NCBI GenBank assembly: GCA_050575255.1
Contig: JBNZDD010013683.1
Location: 4,000,456 to 4,064,455 of the forward strand
Length of the DNA stretch: 64,000 nucleotides
Reading direction: 5' to 3'
Origin: Harriotta raleighana
Taxonomy: Eukaryota
The notes below the pieces were generated by a model. The model was not told the origin of the DNA. It searched no databases and saw only the letters and a program-made list of their open reading frames with translations. The translations under genes and the position numbers were made by a program. Below are positions 1 to 12,727 of this stretch, piece by piece (the stretch's first letter is position 1; each line of letters begins with the position of its first letter).

Positions 1-2509
1 AGCCATTGCACTGAAGTCCGGCTTCAGAATTTGAGTGCTATTCAATTTCAACTCGTGCGATATGAATCCCAGCTACTATAATCAATATATAATAAAGCAA
101 TTATTTACCGTTCCATGTATTATTGGTGTTCAATGGTTTGAGCCCATTAACCTTGCCCAAAGCAAATCGCATTTATTGCAAATGTGCTGTAAAACTAGGA
201 TGACAAGTTCATCAAGTAAAATAAAAATGTCTTTATGATCTGCTGCAGTTTTGACCACTTTTGAACAGCTTGATAGTGTGATGGATTTTTTTTTTTAAAA
301 AACTTCTCCAGGAACCCCTTTCTATCCAGTACCTAGCTGTTAAAATACACTTTCTTTGTATTATTCACATGGTAAATAGATTTGAAGGAAATGGTGAAAT
401 TGATACATCCATCCTTTCTGAACCAAGGCCTCAAAATATGCTCTGCTGTGTATTTCAACAGCTAAGATGCACCGATCCATGAAGGAAAACACAAACATCT
501 GCTCTGATGTCTCAGGAGTAAAAGGAACTCATGGTATTAGCCTAAGCACACCGAGCATTTCATCTCCTGGTTCATGAAGTTGTCTAAACTCATCTGGGAC
601 AATGATGGGGTTACAGCTGGGGGAAAATGTTAGACTTCCTATCCAGCTGATAGCTGTCCAACAACCTCCTGGTGAAGTGTGTGTGTGTGTATATATTTGT
701 ACAGATGTTAGTTTTGCACAACTACAACTACAATGCATTCCACAAATGAATAACACACCAAGTCTTACTGTCAACAATTTAGAAATGAAGTATAACTCTT
801 ATGGAGTGGAGGGCTCCCCACAGCTACNGTGTGTGTGTGTGTGTGTGTGTATATATTTGTACAGATGTTAGTTTTGCACAACTACAACTACAATGCATTC
901 CACAAATGAATAACACACCAAGTCTTACTGTCAACAATTTAGAAATGAAGTATAACTCTTATGGAGTGGAGGGCTCCCCACAGCTACATGACCAGCCAAC
1001 AGCTTCGGGATAAGGACGGAGTGGGTGAATAAGCAGTTTATGGTTGGGTGGGTGGTTTATGGTGAGGGAGAGGGTTTGGAGAAACATAATCCCATACAAT
1101 GACTAAAGCCGTAAGGGTACTGGTTACGAAATGTTGCTCATTTTCTTAGGCAGTTCGGATCTGTTATCTGTCGCTTTCTCAGAGAGTCATTCAATAACAG
1201 CATCGCTGGAATGAAGAAAATAATGTCCACGTATCATGAGATGTCAACTCTCTGCCCTGTGATTGCTTCAATACTTGGAGCCACAGTGTTCTTCGTTTGA
1301 ATGAGTGAACCAGTGATGCTCCAGTCTAGCAATGGCCCGAAGGTATGAGAGAATTTCCAAGTGCAGCTGTGCAATAAATCAACTCTTGACATCTGTGGTG
1401 ACATCATCTAAACCTCTCTGGAGTTGCACATAAATATTTCAGGGTCATTTACGTCAATAAAACTGGGGGCATATATCAACACCAGAAATAAGCGTCAAAG
1501 TCAAGCTGCCATTTCATAGCGAGAAAGCAAATATTTCTTAGAAATCTGATATACAATACTAGACATACAGTTTCAGCTGTTGAACTGAAAAGAGATAGGG
1601 CATTCAAAGAGAATTTACGATCTGTGGCTTTATTTCCTTATCTTTTCTCCGCACAAACAATTGATTGTTGGCTTCAAAGTACACAATGAATGTTGAGAAT
1701 CTATGTATCAAACCCAGTGGGAAAAGGTGTATCCTTACTTATGCCAGTTTAAAAATGTGTCACACTATTGTAATCACAAACGTTTATTTCGAATCAAATT
1801 GGTTTGCTATAAAAAAATTCCTTCCTTTACATTTAGTAGCATTTTTAAGGCCAAAAAAAGGCCTTAAAATAGTGGCAAATGAAAATATTTTTTTTGAATT
1901 AACTACTCCTTTTTTGTAGTATTAAACTGCATTCAAATAACGTCTTTTGTTAATACTCTGGTAACTGGTATCTACTTTTTAAACACTTGTGAATGTGTTG
2001 AGAGTTTGGAAAAGAGGCTGTGATCACTTTTTCTCAGGTCTCCTGTAGAGATGCACAACACGAGAGCCATTTATTTGCTCTGATCCCATTAAGAGTATAT
2101 TTTTGAAGATGCCAATTTACCTTTGCCCCAACACTGTAGAAAGACAACACGTGGAGGAGACTTGTCAGCTCACATAACACAGCTCAGTGTGTGATATCAA
2201 ACTAGACAAGCTTTATCTTATCTTACAGAACAAACAGATGTGTCAATGCTAAAACTCTTCCGGGGAATTATGAACACCGGAAGAAACAAAATCAAAGAGC
2301 GGTCAGCCATGTACATTTCCAGATGCAGTGACTGGATCAGTTGTAAGAACGCGAGCCAACATTTTCCCCTACTGGGTCCCAAGACTAAAGTCAATCCTAG
2401 TTCCCTCACTGCTGTCCTTCCGACAAGCAGAGGCCAGGATCCAAGTGTGTGTTTAATATTGGCAAAGTATGAACCTTACACAATCATAGGCAATCAAGTC
2501 ACAACTAAC

Positions 2510-2698
2510 CTTCCTCAAATCCATCACGGAATGATCCCGAGCGACTCATTGTCCTGTGTTTCTCGTCCAAAGACATGGAGCTGTTCCGGAACCTGGAATC
2601 ACTGTATGGATCATAAGGTCCTTCCTGAGTAGACACACTGTGACAGCGTAGCATGCTGGGGTTAGACAGGCTCATCTGGGCAGCTGTAGTTGGACTCG
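2510..2698 (-). CDS. NAV2: NAV2 exon, 189 nt (ASPTTAAQMSLSNPSMLRCHSV...FRNSSMSLDEKHRTMSRSGSFRDGFEE)
   Basis: Motif SRSGSFRDGFEE. Acceptor aaacag|, donor G|GTTAGT, phase 1 to 1. The next expected exon (VHGSSLSL...) was not found and presumably lies beyond position 1. Confidence 0.96.
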
Positions 2699-3214
2699 CT
2701 GTTTATCAAAAAGAGAAAGCATATTTGGAAGATCCAGCTACACTGAACTAAGGTCTGTATTCCAACATAGGACTCTTGTGTTCAGTTAATACCCCAAATA
2801 TAACTGGATGATTAGCTCACAAACACTACATCTCTTATTCCCCTGGATGTGTTCTTACTTGAAAAATGTAGACAGTTTTGTGGATGTGAAGACTACACCC
2901 TCTTGAAGTTAATAAAAAGCAATAACACTAAATAGACATTAGGGAGAAATTGTACAATGTTTTTTTTTCCTCCTCCTGAGTAACCCTTTCTTATTCCTTC
3001 TTTATTTCTCGAAAATCATAGGGGTTGGTGATGAACTCAGCGGTTTTTTTTATTCTTAAAAGTTAAAGCTCTGTAAAGTCAAAGGAATGGTTGAGTCTCC
3101 AGCTCTATGGGGGAGAATAGAGGGAGGGACAAAAGATCCTTAAATATTCAGTGGGCTTAACCAAGTGAACAAATTAGCATTGGGAACAAATCTCCTTTGA
3201 GTTCTAAGCCTCAC

Positions 3215-3375
3215 CTAGCTGAGAGAAATTAAACCTGGTTCCAGAGGGCGATGTGATGCTGGAGCCTGGAGAAAACGGTGAGTTGGCGGCATTCTCTTGC
3301 AGTCCACCTGCGGAGTGTGAGCGAAGCCATTCTTTCGCCTCTTCGTTACTGCGCAGTTGAGATGAAGGGGTATAC
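3215..3375 (-). CDS. NAV2: NAV2 exon, 161 nt (YTPSSQLRSNEEAKEWLRSHSAGGLQENAANSPFSPGSSITSPSGTRFNFSQL)
   Basis: Motif KEWLRSHS.GGLQ. Acceptor tttccacag|G, donor G|GTGAGG, phase 2 to 1. Confidence 0.97.
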
Positions 3376-6300
3376 CTGTGGAAACATCAATCACTGACGT
3401 CAATGGACACATCCAGGGGTATCCGTCGTCCCATGTTTCCCAGCTGGTCCCTATCTTTAGAAACTAGGCTCACAAGTGATGCTTGCAAGAGCAGTTCGAG
3501 GTACTATTTATGCCTCCATTCCAAGATTGCCTGTGCATTTGATTCACTTCAAGATAATGTTTTGGACATTGCATTCCATTATTTGCAATATACTGTAGAA
3601 GGTACACATATTCTTATCTCAGTGGGAATATGGAGCCTCTGCACGTACATTGAACCCTGGAACTCCCTTCTATTTTCTGAAACTGATAACCTTCACAGAA
3701 TGGTATGTGGGTGGGACACTGAACAATGATAAAATTGTATCTTGATTAATCTACATCAGACTATCTGTCGTTCACACCCCGAGCAAGGCACTAGGCAGCC
3801 TCAGCACAATCAAGATCTGTCTTTCTACCAAGTAAAAATACAAGTGGAACCATTTCTCTGCAGAATCTCTAAGCCTTCCCCAGAGACAAATGCATCGTAA
3901 ATCTATTGAAAACTGGAAATGTGCTATTTGGCCCAGAAGCAAAGATTTTGTGCCTGGGTTATGCCATTTCAGGATTTCTGTTCCCATCAAACAATTCTCC
4001 AGCTCTAGAAAGTATGCAATATGCACCAATAGCAAACAAGACCGAGGAGAGCAGAAATGACTTTGATCAGTCAAGCACACAGTAATTTGCTCCGCAAAAC
4101 ATTTGAGTGGGTAATTGGTTCAAATGACAGTGTTGTAATGAACAGAAAGCGAAACCAGCAATTCATGTGCATACCTCTGCCGAACATAGGTACTGTGTTG
4201 TTTTATGTTTCACACGTAATTAGATCAGGAATGGATTTTTAAAAAAAAATTGTTTCCTCGTTCCACTTTGTCCCCTGAATTCGCCAACACTTCTCGGACT
4301 ACTATTTAAAGACGTAAGGCACACACACTCCTGTACTTCACTCTCATGGCACACTGCTCATGTGTGGGGCTCGTGGTGAGTGTTAAGTGTTGATGACAGT
4401 TGTCCTCTGTTGGGATGTCAAGAAAAGGCGCTGAGCAGAGATCAAGCCCCTCTCCTCTTCCCAGAACTCATTTACAGAGCAGGGGCAGGGAGGACATTAA
4501 CAGATTATGTTTCTAAGCAGCTTCCCTTCACATCGGGAGGATGCGCCAAGCCGCTAGACAGACAAGGGTTTGTAAATGAGCCTGGAGTTGGATTCGGGAA
4601 GGCCGACTCCCAATTTCACAGATTGGTAAAGAGGGAAAATAAATCTAATCTAATTGTGCTGAAGTGCTCAAAGGGATACCAATCTCCGTAATGGGAAAAT
4701 TGCAAGAACTCTAAGTTCCAAAAGTTGATTTGTTGATAGTCAAGGAGGACAGGGTGGAGGAGAGAGGAATATCAGGCACCATATTGCAGATATTTTTTCA
4801 CAATTCACCCCAACAGAGGCAGAGGGGTCATTAATATCCTGCAGCTCATATATGTTTACAAAGACGAAACAGATGGATTAGACAATACAATGTAATCCAG
4901 TTTCCATGCACAGTCATTCCAGATGTTTCGCTATACAACATCTGTGCTTAATGAGAATAACAAAATAAAGGTAAGACAAAGTGTGCACTTGCGCATCCTA
5001 AAGGGTGTTGGAAAAGATACAGTCGTGGGACTCGTACAATCACATACACACCAACTTGCATTTATAAAGCAACCTTCACATAAGCAGCATCTACTTGAGG
5101 GGAGAGGGGAGATGACCAAAGGCATGTCGAAGAGGAAAGGAGTGATCTGAAGACAGGCAAAGAGGGGATGAGATGGAGGGATTAAGGCAGGGAGTTAGGC
5201 ATAGTGGCTGAAAGCATGGCTGTCAATTGTAGCAGAGGCTATTTTACGTTGAATTGTTGAGTGTACTGAGAGCAGGCAACATGACAAAGTATTCTGATGT
5301 GCTAAACAGCTAACAACCTCATAAAAGTATTCAATGTTCTGCCGTTCTTTTTTCTCTATATTTTTCTTTTTGTAAAACAACAGGACCCTTTGGAGTGTGT
5401 CTCACTCACTGTGTAAAAATATTTACAGATTAAATTGTTCCTTTTACCATATACATATGTGTGTGTGTTAACACGTGTTTGATCATCTTGTATTGTTCAT
5501 TGTTACAGCAATAGAGCAGTCTGTTTCCACAGCTGAACTGTAATATGTTTTCTATTACTGTGCCCAACCTGCAGTCCCTGAATTGAATAGAAAATGCTAA
5601 TTAGAAGTAAAACTGGCTGTTAAAAATACAGGAATACAAATGTTCCCTAACGCCTGGTCATATCCAACAAATGAACATTTCCCCATTGAAGCAATCAGTA
5701 GAAATGTGCTAGAGACATCAAAAAGCACATCAATCTCATAGAATACAAAGGCATGCATCGTAGCTTATATCAGCAAACAGCCAAAAGATTTCCTCACTCA
5801 ATCTATTCCATATCTTGTTTCATAACTCTTTAGTCAATCAGATTGTTTAACTAGGTTTTTACAAGTTCCACACAACCACACTACAGTAAGACCACAATTA
5901 TTAACCACTGAAAAAAACATACATGCCCATTTGGAAGCCAGAGAGATGAACATAAATGTAATTTTGATTGATTGATTTATATACAGTGTGGCAGGGTATC
6001 AAAGGAATTTCAACAGTGGGCTGTCAGTGACTGGTTTCAGCGACTGTGGGCATAGGGTGGTGGGAAGGGGAAAAGTTACCCAGGCATCGTAATACAGCGC
6101 CCATGAAGGTCAAACATCCCATTACCATTGTGTGATGGCACACTGAGATTTCACCTTGGTTTGTTATTGCTTAGTGGATCCAATGGAGATATCCACATTT
6201 AGCATTCCTTGGCATCACTGTTTTGATGCAAACTAAGGTGTTTATAAGATCTACCACTCCCTCCTCCTCTCCTTCAACCACCCGAACCCTCTTTGTAATA

Positions 6301-6785
6301 TTCCTTGCACAATGCATTTGATCTTTCTACACAGTGTTCGATTCGGTCCATGGATTTTCTGGGCTATGAGAACATTGCTTGTTGGCTCAAAGCTGAAAGT
6401 GTGTGGCAAACATCAACATTTACCCTATGCCTTCACTGGATTGTTTAATCAGGGCAATTTGCGTGACCCGGAAGATTACGGAGCGAAGATAACGCCAGCA
6501 GTGCACCTGAACACACTCTGAAAGCAGAAAGTGAGCAAGGGACATCGGCCACAAAAGTACTGGATACATGCTTACAAAACAAACATTGAGCATCGGCTTC
6601 ATTCAACAGCTCAAAACTATCCCAAAGCGTATACTGTATTGAATGAAAGCGCGCAAAAAAAAGAGCAAAATGGTAAAACAAAGACACTGGGAAGCTCGCA
6701 CAATGGAAAGACGCAGGTACACAGTGTAAAGTGCCAGAAACATTTTTTTAAAAAAACAGGTGATCAATGAGGGAAGAGCCAATAC

Positions 6786-6830
6786 CTGAATCCCTTCTTA
6801 GGCAAGGTATTCCTATCAAGTTGTGGATCA
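6786..6830 (-). CDS. NAV2: NAV2 small exon, 45 nt (DPQLDRNTLPKKGFR)
   Basis: Navigator motif DRNTLPKKG.R. Long pyrimidine tract ending ctacag|T, donor AG|GTATT, phase 2 to 2. Confidence 0.93.
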
Positions 6831-9800
6831 CTGTAGGAGAGTGAGAGAAAAAAAGCTAAGGAAAGAGGCAACACTTTTTTTTTTCCTGATACGTATTAAA
6901 AGAAAGGAACTATGTGTGATGGGCTGAGACTATCAACATAAACCAAACATCCACCACTTCTGCAATGTGGTCGGTGAAAAACAGAATGATATTTCCTCAA
7001 ATCAACATCCCGAATGCAAACAATGCCCCATGACATTTTAGGGAAATGAATTATGAAAAGACTATTTTCTTTTGCCAAGTTGAAAGGGACAAATATAATC
7101 TGTTCATAGATACGTAACTTCTCAGCCCTGCTTTGGACCTGCGCCAAAGGAGCAAATCTATATTGTGTCAGATACATCGAGAAGAGGTCACAAAACAAAA
7201 CTCAAGAGGACCTGGCGTAATTTATCTACTGATTGCTTACATGTGCATGTTTTCAAACCTGCTTTCTTTTATCAAGAAACAACAGAGCAGATAAAACGAT
7301 TTTGCCAATTGTCACTCATACAAAGGGGATGGAATAAAAGGACTAATCAACGACAGTACTGAGGTTTGTTGTAAAAAACTTCTAGCTTTGTCCACCCCAC
7401 ATGTGACCCGGTCGGTGCTCAAGATATTAAGTTTCACTTTCATCTATTCTGTAAAAGAAGGGACTAGTTAGTGCATAGATGAAAGATGTAAATGTAGCTA
7501 GGAATGACAAACTTTGAGATGCTTATGGGAAACATTACTGCAAACATCAGATAAGGTGGTTTTCAAAAACTGAAGGCGTCAGTTGCATTTTGCTAATTTA
7601 ATCTTTCCCTTAAGTTATTAACTCTGTGCTAGGAGGTGTTGCTCTCTATTGCAGAGTAGATAGTGCATAGCGGGTGAGAAATTCTTCACGTCACAAAGCG
7701 TAGTGACTTTGACAATATGCCACAGTGATATTCAGCCAATGTCAGCACTCTTCAAAAGTCACTACTTAGCAGCATGAGGAATTTCCCACCCTTGTTTTCT
7801 AAAGCACTTCAGATCAGAGGTCTTGAGAGTCACAATATTCCTTAAAAAGATGAAGGATCATTGTTGAAAGTGAACTTGAACAAAAGTTTTTTTTTAAATT
7901 TTTTTTAGTTAAGAATCTTTTTAGATTCTTATAGAAAATGTGCTTAGACAAGCCAGTTGTTTTCAATAAATGTCTGCGTGTAGTGGTCTAAACACCTTTT
8001 AATACACAAAACGATGTAAAGATTCAAGAGTTTCATTTTCAACTAAAGATTTTTGATGGATCCGGTTGTGCACAGCTTACGTTGTGCATAGCTTCAAATG
8101 TACCCCAAATTCACCGCAATGATTTTCTACTGATATTACATTCGACCATTTAAAATCTTTGCAATGGTCTGTGCACATAAGGTTAATTAACCCTTAAGCA
8201 AAGCACCATGAACAAGCGCTTGCACAAAGCCGCAACCCCCCCCCCTCCATCCAACCAGACAGAAAGCTATTGACAAGCATTGCACAACAATTCACAACTG
8301 TGCAACATGTATGCTGAAGTGCGGAGAGAAACACTAGCACGTCATGGGAAAACAATTCAGACAGGGGAATGCTGGTGTGATTGTGTATTTATAGATGATC
8401 AGGTCATTGGCAATTTCCATCTTTTTGTAAATAACGGTTTAATTTCACCAAGAATGCTGTTTCTCAGTCACTCTGTTGAGATAACAAACACGCCTCACCA
8501 CCACACACCCTCACGCAATGTGATGAAATGCCCCCTTTTACAATTACTTAACTAAACCAAAGTCAAGTATGTTCTGTGTAGCGTGTTGAGCCGTCTCTAA
8601 GACGTGATCAAGTGCTATATCAAATGCAAGGATTCTTTTTCTTATTAAGGTGTTGGACTAATTACAATCTAAGTTAGTGCCCGTTTGTTAATGCTCTGAC
8701 TTTCCCCTCTGTAGGTTTATTGCTATTTAAGGTCTAGAACACTGGACAATGACAAAAGTAGTGGTTTTGTATTCAACAAGTCTAGGGGGGAAATGTGAGG
8801 CTCACCAAATAAGAGCTCAATAATGCCACCGGGTAGAATTGTATCACAGAAACACAACTGCATCAATCGCTCAACAATACAGGTAAGTCGAACATGGTGG
8901 AGACATGGCCAAACAGGAGGGTCATGAGTCATGCCATGAGGGAGTCAAGGGAGTTAGCAAGGTGAAGGGATCGTGGGAGATAGTTCCAAAGAGTGGGGGG
9001 CAGAGAGACCGAAAGCCTGGCCACCAACGGTCGGGCGGGAGACTTGGGAGCAGGCTCTGTTGCATCTTTTACAAGGTGCACTCACCAATCTGTAGCAATT
9101 AGGAGCAAAATGTTGGGAGTGTATAGATACTAGTTACAGCTTCTCATCTGGGGTGTCATTTCACCTGCCAGAAGTGGAATCTTTTGAACCACTGTGGTTT
9201 TTTTTTATATACAAGCTTTAAACCTATGTTTTAACTTCTGAATTAAATGAACGGCCGTGTCTGAGAAACAGAATATTTAATTGGTAACTATTACCATTTG
9301 GCTAATAATATATTGCAGGCTGGGTTTAAATTCAAACGAGCATACACCACTGTGAAATGAGGTTGGCAAAAGGCTTGGATGCCACTGAACCATGCAACAA
9401 GAATCATCTGTGACCGTCACTATACTTTGAGTGATGAGAGGGTAGAATGGAACATGCCACATTAACTTTCAGTCAAACTGTGGTTAAAATTATAGCTTCT
9501 AAAAGGATCAAGAGTAGTACTAGTTCCGTTTTTCTTTCACAAGGTTCTGGGTGCAAATACTCCAGGATCACTGCTTCTTCACAATCGCTTGAGGCATTTT
9601 TCTATATTAAAAAAAAATTCAGCATACATTTTGCTAGAGATTGTAGAATCTGTTACTGAAGCCTTTTTTGAACCAACTAGAAAGGATGTGAGATTTATTT
9701 CCCTCCCCTCACTCATCAATTATTCCCATCATTTTCTCTCATGCTTAAATTGGTACTCTGTGTGCGAGAGACCAGTTAAAGTGTCATTATGTCAACAGTT

Positions 9801-9974
9801 AAAAATGTCGTTGCAATTAAATGTTGGTGTTCCATTTTGAGATTTTGGAAGCCGAGCATTAGATACTACAATATCGAGCATTTGTTAGCAAGAATTTATT
9901 AAAATCCCAGATGATCCTTGAGCGCAAGGGTTCAGGTGGCTAAGCATAATTTTCCAGTTCAGACTAAGCATTAC

Positions 9975-10033
9975 CTGTCCTTGGTAATGTATTTCTGTTG
10001 AATGTGGGACTAGAGGTGGGGGAAGAGAGAGGG
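9975..10033 (-). CDS. NAV2: NAV2 small exon (SPLSSPTSSPTFNRNTLPRT), 59 nt and frame-breaking as assembled
   Basis: Homologous to NAV2 SPLSSPAASPKFCRSTLPRKQD as recalled. Acceptor cccatag|C, donor CAG|GTAATG. Length is not a multiple of 3 although it lies between phase-2 exons. Confidence 0.75.
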
Positions 10034-10613
10034 CTATGGGATGGAATCAAGCAGTACAAGGAGAAACCGAGAAGAGAAACAGATTAACACTCAGGAAGGA
10101 AAGAAATTAGGAACGACATTGATTTTAACAGGTCTGAAGTAATACATCTAACGCCTACTGCAAAACAGCAACATTGGCTTCAAATTCTCAACCCTAACAC
10201 AACGTTGGTGCCACAAAGCAGAAGATTACAGAAAGGAGAGCTGCAAGCCTTTGAAATGTATCAGAAGTCAGTGGTTTTGCGTTACCTATAGGCAGAATGT
10301 ACACTCCGAAACATTCAAACATCAGACTATCATTCAGACACAGACTGGTTTGCAAGCGAGAGGAATGCTCGGAATATCGTTCCTATAATCTCTCTGACTT
10401 CAAGAATGAGAAGAGGTTTAGAGACATGTCACGGAAGAAAACACAGTTGTTTTCTGTGCCCAGCAGACAATTACATCAAATACACTTATATGCACATAAA
10501 TCCCAATTTGAATCATCAAATTACTGCCCAATAAAAACAAACCTGATAAAGGCAAGAATAACAAAATCCCGCGTACGTTTCAGTACATAAGTAAACAGAA
10601 TTGAATTCCTAAC

Positions 10614-11081
10614 CTCTCTGACATAGCTGTCTTAATGCTGTTCGTCCTCACGAAAGGAGTAAGGGAATCATCTTTGGAGGAGGGAAGCAAGCCACTGGTG
10701 GAGTTGTGGTGGCTGTGACCACCTCCACTGCTCAGGGAGATGTCAATGGATTCGCAGCTGGTGTGGAGACTGCTCACCGACTGGTAACCGGTGCCATCCT
10801 TGCTGATGGTGGAGGAGCTGCTTTGGCTGGTACCCCACGCTGTCCCGTTCGAGATGGTGGAATGGACAGAGGCCGGACTAGAGGCCAAGGGTGACTGGGT
10901 CATGTCTGTCGTCTTGTTGTAGAGAGGGCTGCTGCCCCCGCTGCCGAGGCATAACGATGGAGATTCCAGACTGCTCTGCTGGCTCATGGTGGCGTGGGGA
11001 TTGGAGATAACGGTGGAATTCTTCATGTTTTCAGCTGTTGTGACAGGAGCTTGCTTAGTGTTCGATTTGACCCCAAACAGT
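10614..11081 (-). CDS. NAV2: NAV2 exon, 468 nt (RLFGVKSNTKQAPVTTAENMKNS...SPLASSPASVHS...SLHTSCESIDISL...RTNSIKTAMSE)
   Basis: Acceptor tttaagcag|A, donor AG|GTTAGG, phase 2 to 2; NAV2-type motifs. Confidence 0.96.
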
Positions 11082-11760
11082 CTGCTTAAAAAGAAGGCAA
11101 AAAAAAAAGAAAAAACCCTTACAAGTGGCAATCTTAAAATTTGCAACAGTAACCTATTGTTCTTCGGAGATAAAAACAACCGGAGGCACGGATAAAACAC
11201 TCACTTTACAGAAACGCACAGCTGAGAAACACCAATTCACAATTTGACGTTTTCCAAACCAGCCTTTTGTTGAAATGATTAAATACTTTCTCAAGGACTT
11301 GCTGGTTTTGCCTGACGTCTAGACAGAACATAATACCTGATCCTTGCTACCCGGTATTATTTTAAACAAGTGGTGAGTGATAGATGCGCTGAAAGACCTT
11401 TCGTCGGGAAAATTCAACCGCCGCACCGCTGAGGTGCAGACATTGAACTGAACTGAAAATGTAAGGAAAGTTCAAAATTTCCGCACGAAGCAAGAATTTT
11501 TCTTTCCCATTTTACTCGAATCAATCAGAGGAAACAAACTCTTCCTGCCACTCCAAACCACTCTGTATTAAATGTCCCACCAGCAGTCCTTTAAAATAGC
11601 TTCACCATTGCTCTCGAGAATCTTAATGAGCGAGCCTGTGTATATCGCGTTACCGATTATGTCAGTTCAGCACCGGTTCCCTTATGCTTCCCCATCCCCG
11701 CCACCCACAAGGAGGGTCGTTATTAGCGAACTGAACCACTTTCATTTCGTGTCCCCGTAC

Positions 11761-12454
11761 CTGCGTAATGTGGGCGAGGCGATGTCAGGGTATTTGGATC
11801 CCTGCTGCCGGGTGCTCGGAGTGCCGTTGCTTCCAACCTGCAGAGGGTTTGCCTTGATCGAGCCAGAGGAAGCCACGCTATCGGTGTCCGAGGAGACCCC
11901 CTTCTCCTTATCAGTCTGGTTGGGAAATGTGGGCACCGAGTTGCCCGGGCCGACTTTAGACGGCTCCCTCAGTTTGGAGACGGGCAGACCCGCTGACTTA
12001 CTGCTAATGTTCGAGTCGATGCTGCTAGTGCTGGATCTGTTCCCAGTCCCACGCCCGTTTGATTTGCTGGGCCGAGGCAGGCTCCGGTACTGAAGGTTGC
12101 TGCGCACGTTTAAGGTCAGATAGTTCTCCTCGGTGCTCTGGGAGCCGTCGACGCTGGTCTTCCTACCTGCCGATCTGCCGATCAGGCCCCCCGACTTGGG
12201 GATTTTACCGAGAGTCGCCGAGCCGCTGGTAATGGTGGCGCCGCTGGCCGTGATCATGGTGATTCCTCCCGAGGAACCTCCGTGCTTCTTGAACCCAAAC
12301 GTGTTTGTCCCTCCAGTCACCCTCGAAGCACAAGAGGGAGGTTTCTTCCCCTCGTCCCCGCTGCTCCGCCCGGCGTCTGACGGAGACCGTTGGACATTTG
12401 CGGACTTGGGAGACAGCCTCCCCTTTTCGGACACTTTCACATCATCGGTTTTCG
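11761..12454 (-). CDS. NAV2: NAV2 exon, 694 nt (KTDDVKVSEKGRLSPK...RSPSDAGRSSGDEGKKP...SATLGKIPKS...QYRSLPRP...KYPDIASPTLR)
   Basis: Navigator motifs RSPSDAG.SSGDE, TLGKIPKS and QYRSLPRP. Acceptor tttgcag|, donor AG|GTACGG, phase 1 to 2. Confidence 0.97.
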
Positions 12455-12727
12455 CTGCAAAAAATAAAACGGGGTGTACACACGTTAATCTGGCCTAACA
12501 GTCCATCAAATTGATACCAGTAAAAAAAATGACAGTGCTACATTGACAAATATACAGCTTGAGATAAATTCAATATTTCAGGAGCAAAACATCTTCACTT
12601 TTTCATGAAAACAAGCCTGAAGAACATGTCGGAAATTGCCCTTAACCTCTACGACCTATAATAATGATGATAATCCTTGCATTACATCTTCGAGTCTCAA
12701 AGCACTTCGCAGAATATACTCTGAAGT

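Noticed and set aside
11572-12498. Long plus-strand ORFs (173 aa, 121 aa), and similar ones at 52814-53302, 56311-56776 and 63381-63786
   Set aside because: They are antisense shadows of GC-rich NAV2 exons with no independent protein features.
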